This document shows, in pieces, positions 32,765-45,230 of a stretch of DNA of 64,000 bases. Origin of the DNA: Vicugna vicugna (taxonomy: Eukaryota). A program made the translations under genes and the position numbers. The stretch spans positions 3,855,308 through 3,919,307 of the forward strand of contig MU061578.1 in the NCBI GenBank assembly GCA_013265495.1, written 5' to 3'. Position 1 is the stretch's first letter. The number at the start of each line of letters is the position of its first letter. The notes beneath the pieces were generated by a model, which had not been told where the DNA came from, did not search any database, and saw nothing but the letters and a program-made list of their open reading frames with translations.

Positions 32765-34932
32765 TCAGGGCTTCTTGGGGACGTACTGGTAGATCCAGTC
32801 CAAGTAGGAGGTGACACGGGTGTAGATGCCTGGCTTATCGGTCGCAGCACAGCCTTCACCCCAGCTGACCACACCTGCCTGCAGCCAGGTGCCCTTCGTC
32901 TTGCAGACCAGGGGCCCTCCAGAGTCACCCTGCGAGGGGAGGGAGTGGTCAGACTTGGCTTCATGACCCCGAAGGTTGGGGCTGCAGGGGAGAGGCGGCC
33001 CACCTGGCAAGAGTCGTGTCCTTCTCTCCCGGCACAGAGCATGTCATCGAGGATAATTGGGACATCGTCTGCGGTGGAGAGGCCAGCGTGGTACTGCTTG
33101 TCACAGACGCTGTTTTCCACGATGGGCACCTGTACTTCCTTCAGGGGAAACGGCGGTGGCAGGGGCTCTGGGGTGAGAAGAGAGGGAGGATGAGGAAGCC
33201 TGGGGGTGGGGCCGACTCAGCCAAGCCTGTCACTGACACCGAGGGGCGGTGGGGCAGGGGGTCCAGGCAGGACTGAGGAGCCTGGCTGAGGCCTCTTCTG
33301 TTCCAGGGCCTGGCGTCTCCCAGGACACCCAGGGATGAGCCCTTTCCCTTTCATGGCTGGACCTGATCCTTGGCCTCATTTAAGGTCGATTCAGGGAAGG
33401 GAAAGGCGCAGGGTTCCTGGGGTTGGCAGCACCGCAGCCCAATCTCCCCTCGGCTTTACAGCCTCCAATCTGAGTGGGAGTCGGGGTCTTGGGTTCCCCC
33501 CAAGGCCTGCCTCCTGGCCAGCCTCTGGCCCCAGACTCAGTTTCCCACTTTTTGTAGAGGCATTGTGTCAGGATGCTGCGTCGTCAGCAGACCTCGAGCA
33601 GTGACCCGTTCGGGTTACTTTTGCAGGACCCTGAGGACACATTTCAGGGCTATTGTTCATGCTAAATGTCCCCTAGGCTTGGCCCTGAATTGTGAATAAA
33701 GGGGCACAAGACTGTTCGAGAGAAGTGGAGGCGGTGCTGGAGGGGTGAGAACAAGCTGCACCCAACCCCATCCTCACATCCCTGTCTCCTTGTCCACGGG
33801 CACAGGGACAAGATGCACGCCGCCCCGTTTAGCGGTTATTGGTAATAGTAAGACACTTTCTGTGTGTGATTTTTCTCTTTCCTCACATCATATCCATGAA
33901 ATATCAGCTGTGACTGTACCCATTTCATGCAAGGAGAAACTGAGGCACAGAGGTGCTGACTGACTTCCCCAGGCATCTAGAGCGGGGATCGGATCTGGTG
34001 GGCTCTTCGCACACACTGCCTCCCACCACCTCTCCTTCATCTCAGAGTCTTCCAACCCCACCTTATGAGTCAGCCCATCTGGACCCTGTTTCCCAGAGGA
34101 AACCCGAGAGGGTGAGCTGCTATGTGACCAGCTCTATTAAAAGCTGTCCCCAATGCTCACGTCCACTGGCCACATTGCCCCAGCCTGTCACCCAGCACTG
34201 TGACCCTGGACGGAAGGTCTCTGAGGCAGGGGGCAGGGGGACCGGATGGACATGGCTGGAGATGTTCACAGGGTCCTCGAGCTCCAGCAGGGCGATGTCC
34301 GCCCCGTTCTCAACTATGTAGTAGTTGGGGTGGGGGATGATCCGGCTGACGGGCAGCAGCCTGTCCTGGTAGTAGAGGTGCTGCTCCCGCAATTGCACCC
34401 TGAACCTTGCATGGGGTACTTTCATCCTAGGGAAAAAGGCACATATTCAGGGGCTGAGCAGCCTCTGGGAAACCCAGGAGCATGGCTGGAGCCCCAGGCC
34501 CACCCCTACATGCCAGACCCTGGGGAGACTCACGGTCCGATGCAGTGTGCCGCAGTCAGCACCCACTGGGGGTGGATCAGGGAGCCCCCGCAGATGTGTT
34601 GCCAGTACTGATGCTTGACTCTCAGGCTCACCTGCCAGGGCCACCTGCTCCAAGGGGCCTCATGACCCCCAATGATGCCCGCTCGCTCCAAAGCTGGCCT
34701 GGGACTGGGGAAGGAAGCACCTTCAGGGCAGGACCCAGCCTGGCCACTGGGCTCAGGTCTCCCCTGTGCCAGCACAGCCCTGGGCTTCTCTGAAACCACC
34801 CACCCAAGGCCGGACCTGTGTGGGGTTGGGGTGAGGGGACCGAAATGAATGAGCCCGGGATCAGGACTCACCAAGGGCCGAGTGGACCAGGCTCACCAGG
34901 AGGGGCAGCGCCAGCACCAGTAGACTGGGCAT
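32765..34932 (-). CDS. TPSB2: Mast-cell beta-like tryptase, copy 1; coding exons 34932-34872, 34704-34534, 34426-34161, 33167-33004, 32929-32765; exon 3 is 1 nt short at the canonical acceptor
   Basis: Signal peptide [18 protein letters not shown], propeptide ..LERAG, mature IIGG, triad TAAHC/DIALL/GDSGG, S1 Asp (DSCQ), LREQHLYY motif; ATG directly after the intron-1 AG as in tryptases. Symbol is family-level (TPSAB1/TPSB2-like). Confidence 0.85.
33880..34000 (-). mobile_element. MIR fragment in tryptase intron 4 (paralog at ~54013-54133)
   Basis: cccatttcatgcaaggagaaactgaggcacagagg resembles the MIR core. Confidence 0.7.
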
Positions 34933-35130
34933 CTGGAAGGAGCAATGAGGGGCAGCAGGAGCGTGGCTGAGGGTCTGCAGGGTGGAGGGTGCAGCTAGAG
35001 GTGGGGTCACCTGGGGATCAGGGGGTCAGACCAGGCTAGGGGTCTGGGTTCTCAGGGCTCCAGATCTGAGGTGCGGACACCCTGCTCCACAGTGTCACCC
35101 AGATGTCGGGGTCCTGGTGGGGCTCCTCAC

Positions 35131-35461
35131 CTTGGCCTGTCCCTGCTGCTGTTTTCCCCAGCCGGGCGTCCCCCACCCATTTATCCTTGCAGAGCAGGAC
35201 AGGGTCAGAGGAGGGGTGCTGGCCCTCCAATCCAGAGTGGCGGAAGTGGATGACTCAGACCCAGGGCCCAAGTCCCCCTGCCTGGAAGGGGCTCTGCCGC
35301 CTTGGCCCCGGACGGTAGCCCCGAGTCCTCCCTGCGGTCTGACAACGTCCATCTCTGGGTTTTATCTGAACAGTTAACGCTGCAATCGGCGGAACCTTGT
35401 TATCTGGGGATCTGAGCACCATCAGCAGAGGGACAGGCAGATGGAAGTGATGGGGAGATAG
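35131..35461 (-). promoter_or_regulatory. Tryptase copy 1 promoter and non-coding exon 1
   Basis: Exon-1 donor aag|gtgagg at 35131/35130; TATA-like GATAAAT 35179-35185; ETS CGGAAGT 35241-35247; AP-1 TGACTCA 35251-35257; GATA motifs at 35362, 35400, 35456. Confidence 0.7.
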
Positions 35462-36544
35462 CAGGAGAGGCCAGTGCCAGCTTCCCTTCGACACTCCCCT
35501 ACCGGGCCCTGCCACCACTGTCCCCCGCCATGCATGGCCAGGGTGACCCTTGTTCCTCCCTGTCCACCCACTTCACCTCCTCACTGCTCTCTGGGCCTGC
35601 TGGCCATGTGGGATCTTCAGCCCACGTCCCCACCTTGCAGCTTCCTGGACCCCTGCTTCCCCCAAGACCGCCATCTGGGTGGACTCTCCTGTACCCAGGG
35701 ACACCTCCCCCTGCCTGGGCACCAGCCTGGCTCTGGGACCTGCCTGTCCCTGGCCGGTTTCAGCACAAGCTGTCCCAGGTGACCAAGCACTCAGCCCTGC
35801 CCCTCTCCAGATTTCGGGTTAGTTGTTTGCCCCGTAACCTCAAATATCTAAAGGAATCAAGGAAATGTACTCATTTGCAGTTCATCTGGGGTATGAGCAA
35901 CGCTCTTCCTGGCTGCAAGCATCTCTGAGTTGACCCAGCGTTCGTGTATGATGTGAGGTCAGGCCCAGGCTGATTTCTCCATAGAGGAATCTAGTTGGTC
36001 AGCATATTTTTGAAAAGCCATCTTTTACCCACTGAATCACACTGTTATCTTTCTCAAAAAATCACCTGGATTTGTGTAAGTCTATTTCAGGCTATCTCTT
36101 CAGTTCCACGGATTTTTAATGAGAGCACATTGCCTTGATTAGTTTACTGAGAATCTCAGTTCATCACAAATGGCTGTTGAAGTTTTTAGAATTCTTTCTT
36201 TGCATCTAAGAAAATGATCACAATTTTGCTGTTTTAGTTTGTTAATTAGGCTGAGTTATCTTGATTGATTTTCACCTATTAAACCAACCATATATTCTTG
36301 GAATGAATTGTACTTGGCCATGATGTGTCATTCTTTTTGTTTATTTTGGGGGTGGAAATTAGTTATATAGTTCCCTTTTTCTAATTTTTTAACACCTTTA
36401 CTGTGATATGGTTCCTGTATACTAAATGACACGTCTTTCAGATGTACAGTTTGATGAATTCTGATAGACGTACACACCAATGAAACCACCAGCACAATCA
36501 AAATAGCCAACATGTCTGTCATTTCCCAAGAGGTGCAAATTTTT

Positions 36545-37251
36545 CAATTTCCCAATTTATCCCTTCCCACCTCCTTTACTCCCTGGTAACCATAAATTTC
36601 TTCTCTATGTCTGTGAGTCTGTTTCTCTTTTGTAGAGAAGTTCATTTGTGTCCTTTTGTTTTGGATTCCACATATAAGCGATATCATATGGTATTTTTCT
36701 TTCTCTTTCTGACTTAGTTCACTTAGAATGACAATCTCCAGGTCCATCCATGTGGCTGCAAATGGCATGAATTTATTCTTTTTTATGACTGAGTAGAATT
36801 CCACTGCATATATACTACATCTTCTTTATCTGTTGATGGACACTTGGGATGTTTCTACATCTTGGCTACTGTAAATAACGCTGCTGTGAGCACTGGAGTG
36901 CATGTGTCTTTTTAAATTATATTTTCCTCCAGATATATGTCCAGGAGTGGGAGTGCTGGATCATACGTTAAGTTTATCTTTAGTTTTTGAAGGAACATCC
37001 ATAATGTCCTCCATAGTGGCTGCACCAATTTACATTCCCACCAACAGTGTAGGAGGGTTCCCTTTTCTCCACACCCTCTCCAGAATTTATTGTTTGTGGT
37101 CTTTTTAATGATGGCCATTCTGACTGCTGTGAGATGATATCTCATTGTTTTTATTTGCATTTCTGTAACAATTAGTGTTGTTCAGCATCTTTTCAGGTGC
37201 TTGTTGGCCATCCGGATGTCTTCTTTGGAGAAATGACTATTCAGGTCTTCT
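36545..37251 (-). mobile_element. LINE-1 3' fragment (ORF2 C-terminus + 3'UTR)
   Basis: ORF-track peptides [18 protein letters not shown] and FAATWMDLEIVILSE are L1 ORF2 C-terminal sequence. Confidence 0.9.
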
Positions 37252-40200
37252 ATTTTTTTAAATCATTTTTTTATTGAGTTATAGTCATTTTACAATGTTG
37301 TGTCAAATTCCAGTGTAGAGCACAATTGTTCAGTTCTGCATGAACATACATATATTCATTGTCACATTTTTTTTTGTTGTGAGCTACCACAAGATCTTGT
37401 ATATATATCCCTGTGCTATACAGTATAATCTTGTCTATCTATTCTGCATATGCCTGTCCGTATCTACAAATTTTGAAATCCCAGTCTGTCCCTTCCCACA
37501 CCCAGCCCCCTTGGCAACCACAAGTTTGCATTCTAAGTCTATGAGTCTGTTTCTGTTTTGTATTTATGTTCTTTTCTTTTTTTCTTTTTTTTTTAGTTTC
37601 CACATATGAGTGATCTCATATGGTATTTTTCTCTCTTTCTGGCTTACTTCACTTAGAATAACATTCTCCAGGGACATCCATGTTGCTGCAAATGGCATTA
37701 TGTTGTCGTTTTTATGGCTGAACAGTATTCCATTGTATAAATATACCACCTCTTCTTCGTTATCCAGTCATCTGTTGATGGACATTTAGTCTGTTTCCTT
37801 GTCTTGGCTATTGTAAATAGTGCTGCTATGAACATTGAGGTGCAGGTGTCTTTTTAAAGTAGGGTTCCTTCCGGATATATGCCCAGGAGCGGGATTACCA
37901 GGTCATATGGTAAGTCTATTCTTATTCTTTTGAGGGATCTCCATACTGTTTTCCACAGTGGCTGCACCAAACTGCATTCCCACCAGCAGTGTAGGAGGCT
38001 TCCCTTTTCTCCACAGCCTCTCCAGCATTTGTCATCTGTGGACTTTTGAATGATGGCCATTCTGACTGGTGTGAGGTGATACGTCATTGTAGTTTCGATT
38101 TGCATTTCTCTGACAATTAGTGATGTTGAGCATCATTTCAGGTGCTTGTCGGCAATCCAGATGTCTTCTTTGGAGAAATGCCTTTTCAGGTCTTCTGGCC
38201 ATTTTTTGATTGGATTCCCTTTTTTTTTCATATATTAAGCTGTATGAGCTGTTTCTATATTTTGGAAATTAGTCCTTTGTCAGCTGCATCATTTGCAAAT
38301 ATTTTCTCCCATTCTATAAGTTGTCTTTTCATTTTGTTGATGGTATCCTTAGCTGTGCAAGAGCTTTTAAATTTAACTAGAGCCCATTTGTTTATTTTTG
38401 CATTTAATTCCATTATTCTAGGAGTTGGTTTGAAAAAAATACTGCTGTGTTTTATGTCAGTGAGTGTTCTGCCTGTGTTTTCCTCTAGGAATTTTATAGT
38501 GTCTGGTCTTGTATTTAGGCCTTTAATCCATTTTGAATTTATTTTTGTATATGGTGCTAGAAAGTGTTCTAATTTCAGGCCTTTACAGGCAGCTGTCCAG
38601 TATTCCCAGCACCACTTGTTGAAGAGACTGTTTTTGTCTCCATGGTATATTCTTGCCTCCTTTGTCATAGATTAATTGATCATAAGTGTGTGGGTTTATT
38701 TCTGGACTTTCTGTCTTGTTCCATTGATCTGTGTGTCTGTTTTTGTGCCAGCACCATACTGTTTTGATTATTGTAGCTTTGTAGTATAGTCTGAAGTCAG
38801 GGAATGTCATTCTCCCAACTCCATTCTCCTTTTCAAAGACTGCTTTGGCTTTTCAGGGTCTTTTTTGTTTCCATATAAATTTTAACATGTTTTGTTTCAG
38901 CTCTATGAGAAATGTCATTGGTAATTTGACAGGGATTGCATTGAATCTGTCTATTGCCTTGGGTAGGATGGCCATTTGAACAACGTTGATTCTTCCAATC
39001 CAAGAACACAGTATATCTTTCCATCTGTTTATGTTGTGTTGAATTTCTTTCCTCAGGGTCATCGTTTTTGGGGTACAGGTCTTTTGCCTCCTTGGCTAAG
39101 TTTATCCTAGCTATTTGATTCTTTTTTTGGTGTGATGGTAAATGGGATTGTTTCCTTAATTTCTTTTCCTGCTATTTTGTTGTTAGTGTGTAGAAATGCA
39201 AGTGATTTCTGCATATTAATTTTGTATCCTTCAACTTTACCAAATTCATTGATGAGCTTGAGCACTTTTCTGGTTGCTTCCTTAGGATTTTCTACATATA
39301 GTATCATATCATCCACGAGCAGTTACGGTATTCCTTCTTCTTTTCTGCTTAGTATTCCTTTCATTTCTTTTTCTTCTCTGATTGCTATGGCTACGACTTC
39401 CAAAATTATGTTGAAGAAACGTGGCAAGAGCGGGCATCCTTGTTTTGTTCCTGATCTTAGAGGGAATGCTTTCAGCTCCTCACCAGTAAGTATGATGTTA
39501 GCTGTGGGTTTGTCATAGATGGCCTTTATTATGTTGAGATATGTTCCCTCTATGCCCACTTTTGGGAGAATTTGTATGATAAATGGATGTTGAGTTTTAT
39601 CAAAAGCTTTATTTGCATCTATTGAGATGATCATACGGTTTTTATTCTTCAATTTGTTAATGTGCTTTATCACATTGATTTGTGGATATTGAAAAATCTT
39701 TGCATGTCTGGGATAAATCCCACTTGATCATGCTGTGTGATCTCTTTAATGCATTGTTGGATTTGATTTGCTAATATTTTGTTGAGGATTTTTGCATCTA
39801 TATTAATAAGTGATATTGGCCTCTAATTTTCTTTTTTATGATAACTTTGCCTGGTTTTGGTGTCAGGGTGATGGTGGCCTCATAGAATGAGTTCAGAAGT
39901 GTTCCTTCCTCTGCAACTTTTTGGAATAGCTTCACAAGGATAGGTGTTAACTCTTCTCTAAAAGTTTGGTAGAATTTGGGGTGGAGTCATCTGGCCCTGG
40001 ACTGTTTTTTTTTTGTTGGGAGTTTTGAAATTACTGATTCAGTTTCAGTCCTGGTAATTGGTCTATTCATAGTTTCTATTTCTTCTTGATCCAGTCTTGG
40101 CAAATTGTACCTTTCTAAGGAATTATCCATTTCTTCTAGGTTGTCCTTTTTGTCAGTGTGTACTTGCTCATAGTAGCCTCTTCTGATCCCTTGTATTTCT

Positions 40201-41420
40201 GTGGTGTTAGTTGTGACTTCTCCTTTTTCATTTCTGATTTTATTCATTTGGGTCCTCTCCCTTTTTTTCTTAATGAGTCTGACTAAAAGTTTACCAATTT
40301 TGTTTATTGTTTCAAAGAACCAGCTTTTAATTTCACTGAGCTTTTCTGTCTTTTTAGTCTATTTCATTCTGCTCTGATCTTTATTATTTCTTTTCTTCTA
40401 CTAACTTTGGGTTTTGTTTTTCTTTCTCTAGCTGCTGTAGGTGTAACATTAGCTTGTTTATTTCAGATTTTTCTTGTTTCCTGCAGTAGGTTTGTATCAC
40501 TATAAACTTCCCTTTTAGAACTGCTTTTGTTGTGTCCCAGAGGTTTTTGATCATTGTGTTTTTGTTTTCATTTGTCTCAAAGCAGTTTTTATTTCATCTT
40601 ACATTTCTTCAGTGATCCATTGGTTGTGTAGTAGCATATTGTTTAGCCTTCACGTGTTTGCAGTTTTTGCAGTTTGTTCCTTGTCTAACCTTATAACATT
40701 GTAGTAGAAAAAGGTGCCTGGCTTGATTTCAATTTTCTTAAACATACTGAGGCATGATTTGTGGGCCAGCGTGTGATCAATTCTGGAGAAAGTTCTGTGT
40801 GCATTTGAAAGAATGTATACTCTGTTCCTTTCAAATGGAATGTTCTATAGATCAATTAAGTTCATCGGGTCTAATGTGTCATTTAGGGCTTGTATTTCCT
40901 CATTGACTTTCTGTCTGGATGATCTATCCATTGATGTAAGTGGGATGCAAAGGTCCCCCACTATTATTTGTGTTATTGTGTATTTCTCATCTTATGTCTG
41001 TGAACAATTGCTCTATATATTGACGTGCTCCTATGTTGGGTGCATATATAATTGTTATACCTTCTTCTTGGATTGATCCCTTGACCATCATGTAGTGTCC
41101 TTCTTTGTCTCTTGTAACAATTTTTAGTTTAAGATCTACTTTCTCTTATAGAAGTATTGCTACTCCAGCTTTCTTTTGCTTTCCATTTGTGTGGAATATA
41201 TTTTCCATCCCCTCACTTTCAGCCTGTATGTGTCTCTAGCTCAAATGGGTCCCTTGTAGACGCCGTATATATGGGTCTTGTATTTGTATCATTCAGCCAG
41301 TCTATGTCCTTTGGTTGGAGCATTTAATCCATTTACATTTAAGGCAATTATCAACATGTATGCTCTTATTGCCATTTTGTTAAATGTTTGGGGTTTGTTT
41401 TGTAGGTCTTTTTTTTTTTT
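37252..41420 (-). mobile_element. 5'-truncated LINE-1 with degenerate ORF2 (ATG 41375-41373) and T-rich tail near 37252
   Basis: Endonuclease start MAIRAYMLIIALNVNGLNAP, RT motifs (QGCPL, DDMILY), C-terminal HCWWEC; many stops and frameshifts. Confidence 0.95.
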
Positions 41421-41459
41421 TTTTGTCTTTCTTCTTTCTGTTCTCCTTTCTTGTGGCAC

Positions 41460-41811
41460 TAAAATCAAGTGTTGGGACGGTCTGTTCCTCCTGGAAGTTC
41501 GAGGGGACAATCTGTAACTTGACTTTCCCAGCTTCTACAGGCACTGCCTCTGTGGGCTCCTAGCCCCTCCTCCATCTGCAAAGCCACGCGTGCATCTCTC
41601 TGACTCTGCTTCTGTCTTCACGGCTCCTTCTGACCTCAGCTGGGAAAGATTCTGTGACTTTTAAGAACTTGGGACGTTGTTGGGCCTATCAACTAACCCA
41701 GGATAACCTCCCATCTCCAGGCCGGGACCTTAGCACATCTGCAAAGCACTGTCAGTGGTTTTGGGGGTTAGGATGAGGACATTGTGGAAGGGCCATCCTT
41801 CTGTCCCCACA
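41460..41811. mobile_element. MaLR (MLT1-like) LTR fragment; inverted paralog at ~63154-63520
   Basis: ggataacctcccatctcc...cacatctgcaaag...gggggttaggatgaggacat...ctgtccccaca resembles an MLT1 LTR end. Confidence 0.65.
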
Positions 41812-43256
41812 TGTGTAATGGGGTGCAGGTGGGGAAAGGGGTCCCCAGTGCTGTAGGTGAATTGAGCCAGGACAGGTGGCTGGGCTGTGACCCAGCCTGT
41901 CCCTCCAGGCCTGGTTGACCACGGCAGGTCCCCTCTTTGGAGGCCACCTTCCAGGTGTGCAGCCTTCACAGGGTCAGTGTAGACCCCACACACAGAGGTG
42001 GTGCCCTGTCATCCATATTCATCATCAGGTCAAATGTGGAACACACACTTTGAGCCACAGCTCCAGGCCAGGTGCTAGCAGGAAGGAGACAAATCTGAGC
42101 CCCACCAAGAAGCCACATCCTGGTGGCATACAGGGCACACCCACCGCCACCACTGTGCCTCAGTCTCTGCCCACCTAAGGTGGGTCACTGACCTAATGGG
42201 TCTCTGAGGGGATCCACCAAGCCTGGGCTTAGGAGTTGGGCAGGGAGCTGGGGTGGGAAACAGGGGCAGGAAAGTCCCAGCCCTTCCCAGGGACCCTAAT
42301 CAGCTCAGTCATCAGGCTCTGACAGGACAGAGGACAGTTAGGAATGGGCGGCCCCAGGCTGAGCAGCTGGTGCTGTGCTCATCTGATCTGTGGTGGAGAC
42401 CACGGGACCCAGGAGCAGGTGGGAGCACAGGGACCTTGGGGAGGGGGAGTTGGCAGACAGACTCCACTCACGGGGGGCCTGAGTTATCTCAACTAGGCTC
42501 ACTCTGGGCCTCAAACTGTATTTCTTTTTTTTAACATTATTTTTCAAAATAGATTTAGGTTTATAGACAAACTGCTAAGGCAGTATATACATACGCATAT
42601 ACTCCACACCCAAGCTCCTCTCTTACATTGGTAGGATTGAGTCATTTAATTATGATCCAATATGATGCATTATATTAACTACACTACACAGTTTACTCAC
42701 ACTTCCTTACTTTCCTCCTAGTGTCCTCTTTCTGTCCCAGGCCCCCGTCCAGGTCCCTCATGGCATTTAACTATCTTGTCTCCCTGGGCTCCTCTGGGCT
42801 GGGACAGAGTCTCAGACTCCAGGCTCATCAATGTGTGTTTCCTGCCTCAGTCCCAGAATCAGCCCCACAATCATTTCTCCAAGGAGACTCGGTCCTTTTA
42901 CTGGAGAAGGACTTAGAGGCCCCAATCCAGGCACGGGGTGGGCTCGCTGCTCTTGGGTTGTCATCGACCCGAGGCACCCTCGGCTGACAGCGCGAGGACG
43001 TGTTGTGTGTACTAACTGCTGTGTATACGCGTATCCGTGATGTCTTTTTGTGCATCCATCTGTGTCTACATGAGGCTAAACAGGACCTCAGACTCCAGTC
43101 TCCACCATCAGCACAGGGGTCCCTCCATGCTCCGCCTCTGCTGACCTGGAACCTCCCGCCCAACAGCGAGAAGCCCGGCTCCCACGGCAGTCACTGGACG
43201 GCAATGTGGGAACCACTCCCTGCGCCCTGTGGGGACTGACTTCATCAACAGTGTGT

Positions 43257-43789
43257 GCCATGTGCAGTGACCAGGCACCAATGTGCCCCCAGGGAGGTGA
43301 TGTCCCACGTACTTGACTCTGTGGGTTATCCTGCCACCGCCTGCACTCGGGTCCGGTTGCAGGGCTGCACCTGAGGGGGTTCATCCCTCACCGGATGATG
43401 AACTTCTGGCTGTATCCTGTTGGGGCCCATATCACTAAAGCTGCCATGAACTATGCCGTTTAAGTTTTTTTTCTGCAGGGCTCAGCTCGCTTTGACTGTT
43501 TCCCTGCACAAGAGGATTCATTGCCGTGTGCAGTGACCCAGGCATCACCGAGTCCTCAGGGGGGTGATGTCCCACGTACATGACTCTGTGGGTTGTCCTG
43601 CCACCATTGCCCTCAGGTCCGGTTACAGGGCTGCACCTGAGGGGGTTCATCCCTCACCGGCTGATGAACTTCTGGCTGTATCCTGTCGGGGGCCATATCA
43701 ACAAAGCTGCCATGAACTATGCCGTTCAAGTCTTTCTGTGGACGGCTCAGCTCGCTTTGACTATTTTCCTGCACAAGAGGATTCCCTGC
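43257..43789 (+). repeat. Imperfect tandem duplication of a ~265-nt unit (single copy in arm B)
   Basis: tgcagtgacc...gcacaagaggattc occurs twice, at ~43257-43524 and ~43522-43789. Confidence 0.9.
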
Positions 43790-44952
43790 TCCAGTCACCT
43801 CCATCCCATCCCCTCACAGGGCCCGGGAGTACTCAGAAACCACGAGCCGGTGATGGGTGATGCTGAGACTCTGGGGGTTTTCCTGGGACAGAGCTGGAGA
43901 ACGTGTGTACACACACATGCACGCACACATGGGCTCACACGCACACATGTGTGCACACACATGGGCTCACACAAGAGCACACATGTATAGCCACAGTCAC
44001 ATGCACATACGTGCACACCCAAAAGCTCACACGTGCAGACACGTGAGCACACACGGGCTCGCACAGCCCACATCTATACTTCTCTGCATTGAAACCACCA
44101 GCTCGGCTCAGAGGTGGGGGAGGAGAGGCGGGTGTGGGCAGAGCCGAGACCGTCCAGTGTTTCACAGTGGGTGTGGCAGTGTCTCCCTTTAATCTGCACC
44201 TTCCTCGTGAGTGAGCAGGTGCCTCTTCTCACGTACTTCTTGGTGGCTGTTCACCAGGTGGAGGGTCTGTACCAGCTGCTGCCCTTTTTAATCACCTTGG
44301 CTGTCATCCCAGGCAGTTGTAGGGGTTCCTTTCTCCCTCCCTCCCCCCTTCTACATGTGGGCACAAGTCCTTTAGCAGTTATATGTATTGTGTATATTCC
44401 TCTCCACTTGATGGATAAAGCTTTCGTTTCCTTCAAAGTGTCACTCAAAGTGTAGCTTTTAAATTTTGGCCAAGCTCTAGTTACCACCTTTCTCCTGTGT
44501 CCATTAGTGCTTTTTGAGTCCCCTCTGCCTTTCCCCAGGCTGGCAAGAGGTTCTTCTGTGGTTTCTCCTAGGGTCTTATAGGTTTAATGTCTACATTTAA
44601 GTCTAGGATCCACTCTGAACTGATTTTTGTATGTCATGGGGTAAGCACTGAGGCTTGTGTCTTTTCCCGTACAGATTACACAGCTGTTCCAGAAACGTGT
44701 GTTAAGGCCGTCCTCTCTCTGTTTGGAAAGCAACTGATCATGTATGTGTGGGTCTCTTACTGGGCTGTGATTTTATTCATCTGCACATTATCCTCCCTGC
44801 TTACTGCAGCCTTATGTTAAGACACCAAGGGCTCAATGTGTAGTTCACACTGTGTGTCGATGCCTGGGGTCCAACATGTTGGTTCCTATCTTGGCAACAC
44901 CACAGCACACGGTTGCTGCCCCCGTGCCTCTGCAGCTTGTCCCCTCCCCCAG

Positions 44953-45230
44953 AGCCCCTGCGCCTCTATCTAGAATGGACCGAGACTTGTGCCAGGACCA
45001 GCTGGCCCGGAGTGTGGTCCCCACTGGTAAGACGTCTGGGGCCCCAGTGATGCCCAACAGGTGAGCCTAGGTGGGTGAATTGGAGATGGGGACGCCTCAA
45101 CTCTCCGGCATACTGGTCCTCACCCAACACTTCCCCAAGGACAACCAGGAGGGCGTCTAGTGGGCCAGGGACCAGGACCTGGCTACAGGAGGCGTGGTGA
45201 GCAGGGTGAGGGCTGTGCAAGCCCCTCTGA
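44953..45230 (+). pseudogene. TPSG1: Second, diverged TPSG1-like remnant (exons 44953-45060 and 45140-~45230)
   Basis: ag|EPL...TETC...GPECGPHW*DV.WGPSDAQQ|gtgag, then ag|DN-GGRLVGQGP-TWLQ-GVVS--EGCA. Confidence 0.7.

Larger units (their letters stand above)
29834..35753 (+). repeat. Segmental duplication, direct copy 1 (CACNA1H tail + TPSG1-like remnant + tryptase)
   Basis: Aligns with 49990-55874; constant offset of 20132 in the near-identical core (e.g. ORFs 30829..31095 and 50961..51227). Confidence 0.97.
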
